Source: Callorhinchus milii (taxonomy: Eukaryota). From it: a stretch of DNA of 64,000 nt. The DNA lies in contig NW_024704743.1 of the NCBI RefSeq assembly GCF_018977255.1, positions 52,330,001 to 52,394,000 of the forward strand, written 5' to 3'. The notes under the pieces are model-generated. The model did not search any database and was not told where the DNA came from. It saw only the letters and a list, made by a program, of their open reading frames with translations. The position numbers and the translations under genes are program-made. This document shows positions 1 to 11,665 of the stretch, in pieces (position 1 is the stretch's first letter; each line of letters starts with the position of its first letter).

Positions 1-229
1 AAAGTGAATTGACTGTATATTTTGTGGACGGAACGTGGCAACCAATTGCGCACAGCAGTGTCCCACAAACAGTCGTGGATTGAAGTGACCAATTTTATTA
101 TTGTTTGGGGTTTTTTTTTCCTTGAGGGATTATTATTAGGTGTGTGGAGTAAGGAAACTTCCACAAGGTTTCGCCCTGCCATGAATTGAACCCAGATCTC
201 TCGCCTCACTGAGCTACACTGAGCTACAG
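1..229 (-). mobile_element. tRNA-derived SINE, short variant (cut by window start)
   Basis: Reverse complement carries the TGTAGCTCAGTG A-box, GGTTCAATTC B-box and the family body (...TTTCCTTACTCCACACACCTAATAATAATCC...). Confidence 0.85.
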
Positions 230-939
230 ATAATTCCCCAGGTATGAATTATCTATTCATACCTAGTTCCAGATTAATAGATTTTAGAGTTTCTATCTTC
301 CTAGATATAGCAATTTCATCAACAACAATTTGCATTTATGCAGCACATTTTATCCCGAGAGGACATGTCAAATTCACAGAGCCAATAATTCATACATATG
401 ATAACTCTAAAGGTACAGCTGATCCTAATCTGCTTACATTTCAATCACTCGCTCCACTACATCTCGTCATTCTATTCTACAATCTCGTCCTCAATGTTTC
501 CTTGCTCTAAGTTTACGTCCCACTTAATAGCTTTGATAAACTCCAACTCCACCTATTTGAGATGTCTCAACAACATGATAAGGCACCATGTCAAATACAA
601 TGATTATTATTATTTATTTCCATCTTGAATTTATTTTCCTCAGTTTACCACCCTCTCATGTCTGACATCCATTGATAGCGATTTGTTTAACTCCAAACCT
701 CTCCAACTACATGTTCTTCTCCTCTGTTCTTCAAACCTATTGTGTCAATTTCATCAAGGTCACCAAGTCGAGTTAACAGTTCAGAAGGCATTCAAGAAAT
801 TAAGGTGTGCACACAATTCAAATAAGCATCTATTATGAATTAGAACTACACCCTTTCGGATAACACATGCCTTTTCAAGTGACACATATTCAACAGGATC
901 TTTCAACAGGATTCTTGATATTTAATATATCAGTGTTTC

Positions 940-1150
940 ATGCAACACACTCATTCTATAGAACCATGGAATTTGGCAGTACAAAAGTCATTAAGCCTAT
1001 GGTGTCTATGCTGGCTCTTTGAAAAAGCAATAATTTCAGTCACATTTACTTGGCCTTTTCCATATCTCTGCAAATTATTCCTCCTTAGATATCTATCTAG
1101 TTCCCTCTTGAAAACTGCCTTAACCATTGCACCAAGCAGGCTTTCCACAA
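940..1150 (-). mobile_element. CR1 LINE 3' end fragment
   Basis: Minus strand encodes FKRELDRYL-type CR1 ORF2 C-terminus followed by a 3' UTR ending in a TTCTAT-type tail. Confidence 0.7.
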
Positions 1151-1239
1151 CCCAACAACTCTTTACCTGGTACCTGTCAACCACTTAATGAGGCTTCAAA
1201 CCTGTGCTTGTCGGGTATCAAGTGAGCAACTAGTGGCTA

Positions 1240-1620
1240 TCCTCTGGGCGGGAGGAAGCAGAACTAATTGAATATTCTAATCAGACTGAGAGTTCCATGC
1301 ATCCTACTTGCACATGGAAATTCATGTGTATTGGAATGGAATGTGCATTTTCTCCCTGGAGGGATACACCCTGCTTACCTAATTCCAGATAATATTAGGC
1401 GGAGGCTAGCAAGAGCCAAGGCTTGGAAACCCCAGAGAGTACATTGGGATATTGTTGGAGGTTAACCAGCTAAAAATGCATAGCTTGCAATTGAAAGTAC
1501 CGGCTGGCAAGTTTTCCCGCTGTTTGTCCAGCTATGATCACCCTACCCATTTGGGCCTTGGCTTGCAATGTTAACAGAAGCTTGACATGACCAGCCAGCC
1601 AGCCTGACAGGCAATTGGTC
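1240..1620 (+). repeat. Unclassified old interspersed repeat, copy 1
   Basis: Colinear similarity to the reverse complements of 59850-60140 and 38110-38330. Confidence 0.7.
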
Positions 1621-2289
1621 AGAACAGCAGTGGTCCTGGAGTTGATAGTAGAGGTAGCGAGTTAGAGATAGGCGTCATCCACATACAAATGGAAATGGAT
1701 CCCACGCATGGGATGATATCACCAAATGGGAGGATTAAAAATCTGTATTTGATCTGGAGACAATGGATTAAACATTAATTAATCTTAATTAATTTATTTG
1801 TGTCACCTGTCCTTAGATAAGACGTTAAATGAAGGTCCCTTCTGCCTGTTCAGTTGGACCCAATTTGAAAAGAGAAGGGAGTTTGATCATTCACTTCATA
1901 ACTATTTATGCAAATTGGTTGCATATTCGCTGTATACAAATAAACAGTCAAGGATTATTATTTTTATCTGCAGTGATAAAAACACATTGAATTCAAAACA
2001 ACCCTCAATATAGTGCATGAGAACACAGCTGGCAAGACTGATGTCCATTGTCTTTAAATCTCAACCTTTGAATATTTTGTTGAGGATGAGGTGTGCATCC
2101 CGAATCTGATAGTACAAGGTCTTAAAGTTTTGTGATGTTATTCAACGGACTCCAGACTGTCTGGCTACAACAGCAAGTCATGAAATAACCCTTTTCATTC
2201 ACAAATACTGTACTTTCCATTAATATTGTAATGGGTCAGTCAGTCACAGCCTAGATTTCTATCCAACCATTGTTGAATCAATCATAAGA

Positions 2290-2830
2290 TACATGACGGC
2301 ACCCAATGAGTAACCTCCCTACCTCTCTGACCTACTTATCCCCCAACCCACTACCCGACTTTGGCCAACTGGGTCCGGCCTTCTGCCATGTCCCCCGCTG
2401 CACTTTTAGCTAACATGCCCCAAAACTCTGGAACACTCTGCTTCTATCCCTCCGTCTTGTCCCTTCCTTCCCCATCTTCAGGTTGCACCTGAAGACCTTT
2501 CTATTCAACCATGCCTACAGTCACATCCCCCTTTCCCTGGCTCAGCGTTGTGCAAGTTGTTGTTGTTGATGATGATGATGAACAATCCTCCGTGTTAATA
2601 ACAACAACTTGCATTCATATAGTGCCCCTCACACAGAGTAGTGTCCCAGAGTGCTTGACAGTGACGGAGCACAATGCCAAGCCTGGGAGAGAGGAAGGTG
2701 ACCGTAGGCACAGTCAAAGCAGAAGGTTTTCAGGTGTGACCTGAAGATGGGGAAGGAAGGAGCAAGGCGGAGGGATAGAGGAAGAGTATTCCAGAGTTTC
2801 GGGGCATAAAAGCTGAAAGTGTGGCCACTT
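2290..2830. mobile_element. Tail-to-tail pair of L2 3' ends
   Basis: + copy ends in (TTG)n at ~2570 and - copy begins (CAA)n at ~2600. 2441-2505 is a close reverse complement of 2721-2785. Confidence 0.75.
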
Positions 2831-2908
2831 TATCATTTATCACATACCACGTGGTCATTTATACCACGTGGTCATTTATCTAAATGACTGTTTGTGGGAT
2901 CATCAACC

Positions 2909-3209
2909 CAGTGCTTGGAGCACTCGCCTTGCAAGCGAGAGACCTGGGTTCGATTCCCAGCAGGGTGAAACCTTGTGCAAGTTTCCTTACTCCACATGCC
3001 TGATAATAATTCCTCAAGNAAAAAATATTTGGTCACTCAATCCATGACTGTTTGTGGGATGCTGCTGTGTGCAATTGGCTGCCGCGTTTCGTCCACAAAT
3101 ATACAGTCAATTCACTTTACAGTATATTCTGTGAAGCGCTTTGAGACGTCTAGAAGACGTGAAAAGCTATATATCAAATGCAAGGATTATTATTATTATT
3201 TATTATTAT
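2909..3209 (+). mobile_element. tRNA-derived SINE, short variant
   Basis: B-box GGTTCGATTCC, CTCGC-CTTGCAA-GCGAG anticodon-like arm, L2-like tail and (TTA)n end; single N at 3019. Confidence 0.88.
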
Positions 3210-4129
3210 CATCCTTGCACAAAAGACTGCTGTGTTTGCCTGCAATAACAGCTACTATACTTGACAGTGTTTATTTATGAAGTGCTTTTAGATGTTTCGG
3301 CATGATAAGGTGCTATTAAAAATCAAATTCTTTCTGTCTTTAAATGGTTGTGAGCGTGATACAAGGTTGAAAAGATGCCAGAGAATCATGCAACTTCATA
3401 AAACTATAAGAGTAAAGCTCAAGTGATTAATGCAGATTATCTGAGCCCACATCTAAATTACAGCCATCATTCATTTTCTACCATTTATAATCAATGAAAC
3501 AAACAATGCTAAAGCCAGTTAATGGTGTAGCTGGAATAATATTGAAGAAGGGAGAGGTTCATCGCTGAAGAGTTATAAGATTAAATAATCAATGCATTTG
3601 ATTGTGCACCTTATCATATCTTCAGATGTCTCAAAGTGCTTCACAAGATTTACTGTAGAGTGTAGTGACTGTGTATTTTGTAGGCAAATATAGGCAAGTA
3701 TGGTCACCTGATTTATGGGGGAGGAGGTATAAGGGAATTTTGCAGTTCTCTACCAGATTTATAAAGTAATAAAGAAAATAATCTGTATCATAAGATTTCA
3801 TTCTGATTTTTTGCATAAATCACACATAATTAGTGCAACATTCTCTTAGGTTATGTTTATACTAAATATTTCACATTAATGTGAAAATGCCATAGGACAA
3901 ATGCTAAGGTTGGTATATCAATCTTGGTTTGGTTGACAATTAGGAAATGAAATATACTGGAGATCATCTGCTAAGACCAACCAGAACAGGTGGTTTCTCC
4001 GGGGCAGTTATTTGGACTGCTCCAGTAAAATGTAGATGGTGTGAATCATTTTGGCTTCCAATCTAGAAATACCCTCTGGAAACTTCTTAAACTTACAAGG
4101 TGGGGCGTGGGGGCGTTGGAGGCGCTCAT

Positions 4130-4450
4130 TAATTACTTCCTTTCCATACCTTGCCTGATGTCCTTTTGACTGCTTTTTCCTTCTCCATGATCATGACTAT
4201 GGTATTTAACCAAGTAGAATGTTGCAGTAGATTCCCATCCAGTCCTCCCCAAATGATTACATTCACACATATAAGGAGTGGCTGAAGAGAGGTCAGGAGG
4301 TGGAATTGTGGTCAATTTTCCTCTGTCCGGCCTGATGGCTGAGGTCAATTATAACACCCCTGACTGAGATTGACTAACTCATCGCAGACTGGGTATCACC
4401 CCTGGGACTTTCAGATCTGAATAGTTCACCTGCTCACTGTATAAACTCAT
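4130..4450 (-). mobile_element. Old LF-SINE-like fragment
   Basis: GGCTGAGGTCAATTATAAC...CTGAGATTGACTAACTCA...CAGAC resembles the reverse complement of the recalled LF-SINE-type body and the copies at 11290 and 37180. Confidence 0.45.
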
Positions 4451-4785
4451 AGATCCTTTGTTTACCTTCAGTTATTTAATATTAAAGAGCTAGTCATATT
4501 TCAGTCCCTTTAATACAACAACAAATTGCATTTACATAGCATCTTACACTTCGGGAAACGTTAAATACCGACAATGTTTGGCAATGGATACTATTTTTTA
4601 GTGCCTCAGCTGCCTTGCCGATTTTCATTAAGCTGGCAGAGAAAGCCAGGGATCCTGTAAGCTCTGTCAAAGATACTGAGTGTTTGGCACCAATCACTGG
4701 AGTTCTACACAGAGTGGAGCTGACCTCAATCCCTCAGTCAATGCAATTTGTATTGGGAAATGCAGATCCTACTTTCAACCTCTCT

Positions 4786-4965
4786 TCTCTTCAACCGTGC
4801 CTTCACCTCCCCTCTCGACTCTCTACCCCCTCCTCGCTCCCTCCCTTCCTTCCCCTCACCCTGACCGTTTCCCCCCTGCTCGGGTCCCGACCCAACTGTC
4901 CAGCGCCTTGGGACGTCTTCCCGATGTGAAAGGCGCTCTATAAATGCAATCTTGTTGTTGTTGTT
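4786..4965 (+). mobile_element. Young L2 3' UTR (5'-truncated)
   Basis: Nearly identical to 46090-46272 and 41478-41650; ends in (TTG)n. Confidence 0.88.
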
Positions 4966-5639
4966 TCCTGTTCTGAATGTTAACTACTGGAAGCAATTTC
5001 GAATCCCTTCTATCGGTATGAATGAAGTATTAAATTAATTTTGTGTGGATCACTTTTGCCTACAGACACATACAGCAACACAATTCATCTTCACTCTGAT
5101 AGCAGTTGTGGCCACCCATGCTACAGCTCAGGGTGCTCCAGTTTCCCTGCCCTTCATTGTCTCTCATGTGAGTCACTACTTCAACAATGAGGCCTTTATT
5201 AACAAATGTCTGGTTCTAGTAAAACCAGGTGACAATGTTATAAGCTTATGTTGTGCAGCACCATTCATTAAATTTGTTCATTTGCATTTTTTTCTTATTA
5301 AGTCAAAAACATTACCAGAAACTCAGCAGACTATAAATCAATTGTCTTTAATGAAGTTCGTGACCTGGTAGAAACCTCGTGCCAAATAATTCAATATCCA
5401 GGAACTTACCAGAATCCAGCGCTAATGAAAACAAACATAGAGCAAAATAAAAATGAAAGGTCATGAAGGGGTCTCAGGATAATACTGATAAAACTGCGTA
5501 ATGGAATCATATCCAGATATCTTTAACATTCCATGTGATTGAAAACATGAACTAAAGTATTAAAAAACTGAAAACGTTTAATCTCAACATATCCTGGGAG
5601 GGAAGCAGAGGTTGTTGTTAAAACGACTAAGTCAAGTCT

Positions 5640-6530
5640 GCACCGTTCCTTGTATACATTAATGACCTGGATTCACACAACCATTCTAAGGTGCATTTGC
5701 AGATGGGAGGGACGGGAGGAGGGGGGGGGGGGGGGGGGGGGGAACTGTGGAATCAGAGAAGGCAGCAAAGGTCTTAGAAAGAGAGTTTGATAGGGTATGG
5801 ATATAGGCTGACAACCAGCAAACGAAGGTTAATATAGATACATGCAAGGTACTTGATATAGGAAGAGTCCTGTAGCTCAGTGGTTAGAGCACTCGCTTTG
5901 CAAGTGAGAGACCTGAGTTCAATTCCAGGCAGAGGGCGAAACCTTGGGCAAGTTTCCTTACTCCACACACCTAATAATAATCCCTCCAAAAAAAAACAAT
6001 AATAAACTGGTCATTTTCAATCCATATGACTGTTTGTGGGACATTGCTGTGCGCAATTGGCTGCTGCGTTCGCCCACAAATATACAGTCAATTCACTTTA
6101 CGGTGTGTTCTGTGAAGCGCTTTGGGACGTCCTCCCGACGTGAAAAGCGCTATATCAAATGCAAGGATTATTATTATTAAGTGGGAATAGAAAACACATG
6201 TATTCCATGGATGGGCTATACTTCTTGGCAAGTGGGAAGTTGAGAGAGATAAAGGGGTATTGGTTGACTCATTGTACACCATATCAAAAGAGTGCAAGGC
6301 AAATAAACAAGGCAAACGGGATGGTGGTCTATTTTGCCAAATCAGTTGAGTTTAGATCCTTAGATATTATAATCAAGCTTTATAGAGCTTTAATCAGGCT
6401 TTAGTCAGGCCAAACCTAGCCAAATTCTGGTCGCCCTGACATAAATGGGCCTCCCAGACTGTAGAGTTATGAGCAACGATTAGATAAGCTAGGGTCTCTT
6501 GAAAAGAAATATCTTTAAAGATTAGAAGGG
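5640..6530 (+). mobile_element. Degraded CR1 RT-region fragment interrupted by a SINE
   Basis: Remnants such as YINDLD, FAD, CKVL, INKANGM and KLYRALIR on both sides of the SINE; 22-nt G run at 5721-5742. Confidence 0.65.
5865..6178 (+). mobile_element. Full-length tRNA-derived SINE, short variant
   Basis: GAGTCCTGTAGCTCAGTGGTTAGAGC head, B-box GAGTTCAATTCC, family body, stem-loop tail and (TTA)n. Confidence 0.92.
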
Positions 6531-6544
6531 TTCTTATCCTACTT

Positions 6545-7220
6545 AGATGGTTCGAGTCCTACTTAACCAACTGCCTCCACTTCATCCCAGCAAATGTTTC
6601 TCCTACAGCCCCCACCAAGTCACCTGCGGGTTACCCCAGGGCTCCATCCTTGGCTGCCCTTCTTTTCCTCATCTATATGCTCCCTCGTGGCAATGTCATC
6701 CACAGACATTGGGTAAACTTGCAATTGTATGCAGATAACACACAAATCAAATGCAAGGATTATTATTATTATTATTATTATCATTAAATCTACTTTACCT
6801 CCTCCTTGGCTCCCGCCACTGCCTTTATTCCTGCGGATCTGAACTCTTCAACCTCCCTGGGCTCTCTGGTTCCATCTGGTTCGTTGAATATGGTTCGACA
6901 CCCTACTGTCCTTCCTTCCTCACATCCGGTCCCTGACCTGGACTGCCTTCCTCCACCTCCACTACAATGACTGCCTCTGACAGTACCTTATCCCAAATGC
7001 AGCTGAAACCCCTGTATGTCACATCCCGCCTGGATCACTAAAACACAATCCTCGCCAATCTCCCCAGCTCCACTATTCAAAAAAAAAGCTCATCCAGCTC
7101 TGCTACCCACATACTTACCTAGATCAAACTCTGTGGTCCCATCTCACCAGTTCTGTCCAGGTTCATTGGCTCCCCATCACCAAACGGATCAACTTCAAGA
7201 TCCTCACACTCGTATTCAAA
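6545..7220 (+). mobile_element. L2 ORF2 fragment (degraded)
   Basis: VTCGLPQGSILG and YAD RT motifs plus the downstream LHWLP/IxFKIL-type region. Confidence 0.8.
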
Positions 7221-7420
7221 TAAAGGGCTATTTTCAGACAGACACTAGGAAGTTTTTCTTTACCCAGAGGGTAGTTAATGATTCAAACAGATTGCCAGGT
7301 ACAGTGGTTTATGCCAGGATGCTGGTCTCATTCATAACACAGTTTGCTGCTGTGATGGTAGGGTGGGTATTCTGGAAGGATAAGATTCGATGGGCCAATT
7401 TTGTAACTAATTTTGTAATC
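7220..7420 (+). mobile_element. CR1 3' fragment
   Basis: RKFFFTQRVVN motif typical of the CR1 ORF2 C-terminus. Confidence 0.75.
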
Positions 7421-8821
7421 TTTGTGAAGAACATTGTGAACAACTTTGGTTTAGGTTTTAAAAAAAGTAGTTTGAGAAAATTACTGGCACCTCACCATCA
7501 GAAAAAGGGCCTGTTGACATAAACTGTATCTTCTCCAGGGAATTCTATGTATGTCATGGTGACTTGTGGGATCTCAGCTTCAATACAATCTCTAGTTAGA
7601 GCCCAAGTCCTGGAGTTGGAATGAGATACATGAGTTTTTCTGAAGAAGACTCAACTTATGTCTTATCTTGCCTTTCTCCTCCATGGTGAGGTGCCAATAA
7701 CCTAATACTTTCGGAGGAGTCCTTTTTCAACCTAATTGCCTTACTTTCAGTAAAACCCAGCATAGCTGTGACTCACGATGATCAATGTAAGACAGGAAAT
7801 TTGATCCAGAATTTTAGTGGTTTCAGTTTGATAAATCTAAACAGTTTCTGAAACGCTGGCATAGATCCCTCCTTAATACAATCCTCGAATTTGAAATAAT
7901 AATAATCCTTATATTTGGTACAACTCCTTTCAGGTTGGGAAGACAGCCAACAGTGCTTCACAGGATATACTGCAAAGCACAGTGACTATGTGTTTGTGGG
8001 CAAAATATTATTACACAAATATAATTTTCCATCACTTGAAATAATCCATTTGAATGATTAAGGATGAGTGAAATGTTTTTGCTGAAATATTTTATTTTAT
8101 AAGAATCCAATCAATTTCAGAACCAAACCACCAAAACTCACTCACAATTTCTTCTTGAAACCCTCAATAGGGGAAACGTACATGTATTCACTTAATGCCA
8201 TTAGTGTTCTATTGGTGTTATTTTTCTGCATTACTGCCTATCATCAACAACAAATAAGAAAAAGACATAAAATAATATCTTAAAATGCTTTACAGAACGA
8301 GAATAGATAGAAATGAAATTAATTTTCTTTAGTAGAAAATCATGGTAGCTAATTTGTACCACAGACAATGAGAAGTTAAATAATCTAGTTTTTTGGAGAT
8401 AAATTTGGCTCAGGACAGATATGAACCAGGATACTGCCTTCCCTCATCCTCCACTTAAACTGCTGAGTTTTCTCTTTGTTCCACAATATTCTCTTCTGTT
8501 TTCAATAGTTTCCACTTTCTTCCAAAAATGCTAAGAGGTACACTCACAACTGGAATTATTAATCAACATAAACCCTCGTCGGTGTCCACGATGTGCTCCA
8601 CTACAACACTAAAAGAGTTCAATCACTGTTGTGCCGTGGCTTTTTTTTTAGTGACTCAGCTGTTTGCTGGCTTTCATAAAATGATTCAGAATGCAGGGAT
8701 GTCATGAACACTGTCACTTTGAGTTCTTAAGTCTCCATAGTCAGATTTGGTGTATTAGAAATGCAAACAAAATAAACAGTGCTTTTTAAACTGAGACATG
8801 AGGCTATCTGCATTAGTTTTG

Positions 8822-10773
8822 GCAACTTTATATTGCTCATAATGGGTGATTTCAACCTCCACTTTGACTCCCCTTGCACCACATCCTCGGATTTCACTGC
8901 CCACCTCTCCTCCCTGAACCTCACCCTCCATCAACTCACTGACCCACAACCATGGCCAACCCTTGACCTCGTCATCACACATGGCCTGACATTTCTGACC
9001 TGTCCATCACAGACAAGGCCAACTTGGACCACTTCCTCATCTCCCTCTCCTCCCACATCCTCCTCTCCTCTTCCAAGCCCTCCATCATTTTTTTCTACCC
9101 CCGGAAAAAGCTTCCCCCTGAGACCCTCACAAATGCCTTCTCTTCCTTGGACCTCTTCTTCCTTGGACCTCCTCTCCCTCTGGCCCTCCACCCATAGCGA
9201 TCCGGATGCAGCCGTCAAGCTGCTGAATGACCAACTTTCCACAACCTTCAATTCTCTGGCTCCCCTGAAATCCAGGGCTATTTCCAAACCTACCCACTAG
9301 GTAGGTACAACAGTCATCTCCGCTCACTTAAAACCCAAACCCGGACGTTCGAGCCCAGATGGCAGAAATCCAGCCTCACGATTCACCACCAGCTGTGGCT
9401 CCAGCACCTCCGCACTAACTGCCTCTCCCTTTCACAGGACAAATCTGACTTTTACTCCAAAGTCATCCTGCAGGCCAAAAATAACTCAAAGACACTGTTT
9501 TCCACTGTCCATCACCTACTCCGTGCACCCCCTCAAGACCCTCTATCCTCACATCAAACGTCAAGTGCAAAGAGATCCTAGACTTCTTCACCTCAAAGAT
9601 TGAAAACATCCACTTGGCTGCATCGTCTCCCCCCCATGTCGCCTTCCTCCCCACCCAGACCATCCACACTGCCTTCTCCCTCTGCCACGGCTCCTGGCAC
9701 TTCCCTCTCCTTACACTCCTTTGCCCCCATTTCTCCCTCCTCCCTCTCAACCACAATCACCCACATGAAGTTCACCACCTGCTGCCTCGACTCCCTTCCC
9801 ATCCAGCTGCTGGTCACTCAATTCCCCCTCCTCTCCCCAATGCTGGCTGACACGGTCAACCGGTCTCTATCCTCAGGCTCTGTTTCACTCCCCCTGAAAA
9901 CCGTTGTTATCACACCCCTCTTCAAAAAACTCACCCTCAATCCCTCTAATCTCTTACACTACCATCCCATTTCCAACCTACCCTTCCTTGCCATAGTCCT
10001 GGAATGCATTGTTGCAGGTCAACTTCAGTCACACCTCTCCCTCCACTTCTTCCTCGAGCCCCTGCAGTCTGGTTTTCATACTGCCCACAGCGTAAGAGAC
10101 AGCGCTTGCACAATCTAGGTGTCAGGTTTGACCCCCAGCTGTCCTTCCTCCCCCACATCGGTCCCTGACCAGGTCCTCCTTCCTCCACCTCCGCCACATT
10201 GCCCGTCTCCGACTGTACCTTACCCCAAATGCAGCCAAAACCCTTGTGCATGCGTTTGTCACCTCCTGCCTGGATTACTCAAACGCACTCCTCGCCGGTT
10301 TCCCCAGCTCCACCATTCAAAAAATCCAGCTCATTCAGAACTCTGCTGCCCCATACTGACCCGGACCAAACTCCGTACCCCCATCTCACCAGTTCTGACC
10401 AGGCTCCACTGGCTCTCCATCACCAAACCAATTGACTTCAAGATCCTCACACTAATTGTTCAAATCCATTCGCTCCCGGGCACCCCTACCTCTCTGACCT
10501 CCTCACTCCCCAATATACCACCTGGCACCTCCACTCGACTGGAACCGGCCTCCACTACGCCCAGAAACTCTGGAAGACTTTCCCTCAATGCCTCCGCCTT
10601 GCCCCCTCTCTTCCGTTTATCAAGGCCTGCCTGAAAACCTTCCTTTTCGACCATTTGCTTATGGTCACTTGTGCCCCCCCTCCCCCCCCGCCCAGCTCAG
10701 TCTCTGCCATTGTTAAGCGCTCTGAGACACTACCCTGGTGGAGAGCACTATATTAGTCCAAGTTGTTGTTGTT
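8822..10773 (+). mobile_element. L2 LINE, ~1.9 kb, frameshifted, RT core internally deleted
   Basis: Endonuclease motifs MGDFNLH and TLDLVIT; KFTTCCLDSLP, YHPISNLPFLA, LQSGFHTAHS; then LTRLHWL..IDFKIL and a (GTT)n tail. Confidence 0.9.
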
Positions 10774-11289
10774 ACCCATGAATCAGGCACATATCTCTTT
10801 AGAAGGAAGCAGACAACATACAAAAGGAGTAGCCTTAGGCTACGGAGTAGGTTGCTGTTCTGCACATATATGCATCTCATTACAGAGTTTCACAAGCAGA
10901 GGTCTGTTGACTGGCTTCTTATCTGATGTCTAAAGTGTGCTGCAAAGGGATTTAATGAAACAAAATAACTTAAAATGGGATGAAGGGGTTAAAAATAAAT
11001 CTTACAAATAGCAAGATTTTGGCTTCAGTGCATGACCAGCTTGCTTTTAAGCCGTCTGAAATTGCAGCTTTTCGACTATTGCTGCTACGATTCACTGTGG
11101 TAATCCCGTCTCCTGTGAATTACTAAGGTCATTCTATAATGTTTTTCAGGGTAGCGGTAATATTGTAGGAGGCCAGGCTAACAATCAAAACACATTTGAA
11201 AGATAAATCGAAACCTATCTGTCACACAGACAAATGGCACATTTTTAATTTACGCATACAGATACATAATATAAATACTGGTCTTTTCT

Positions 11290-11665
11290 CTCGTGGTGGT
11301 TTAGTAGGTAAATCACACTGACCACAACAAACACCTAATCTACACTGAGTTAGCTACAGTTGGCCTTCATGCTACTTGTTTAGGGGAGGGAAAAATAAAA
11401 TAGGGTTTCTGTTCCCTGGGCTGGAGGGTCTCCTTCTGTGCTGTAAATTTCTATATTCTACAGCTCTTGTTCTGCCTAATCTATTCAATGATCCCTGCTA
11501 AAGAGTGTGAATGTGAAGATCTGGGCTGATGACAGGATTGGGTTTAGCTATCAAATATCTTGCTTACAATCACCAACACTAGAATACGTCATGGAGGGCT
11601 GCTGCGGGGCATGGAACCGTACTCAGCACAAGTCAGTATCATCAGGAAAGAAGATAAAATTTCCA
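11290..11665 (+). mobile_element. Old LF-SINE-like element
   Basis: CTGAGTTAGCT...TTGGCCT...AGGGGAGGGAAAA...GATCCCTGCT...GACAGGATTGGG motifs match the recalled LF-SINE-type consensus. Confidence 0.55.

Noticed and set aside
3019..3019. Single N base
   Set aside because: Ambiguous call beside an A run within a SINE; the SINE is colinear across it.
2975..3280. Recurrent short ORFs ending YIKCKDYYYY as a peptide family
   Set aside because: They are translations of the SINE tail and (TTA)n repeat.
5721..5742. 22-nt G homopolymer as a functional G4 element
   Set aside because: It lies inside a decayed CR1, and homopolymer length is unreliable in assemblies.
5865..5940. tRNA-Ala(TGC) gene (also 16890, 22500-22568, 29910-29982)
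   Set aside because: These are SINE heads: each continues into the SINE body, acceptor/T stems are imperfect, and there is no poly-T terminator after the tRNA part.
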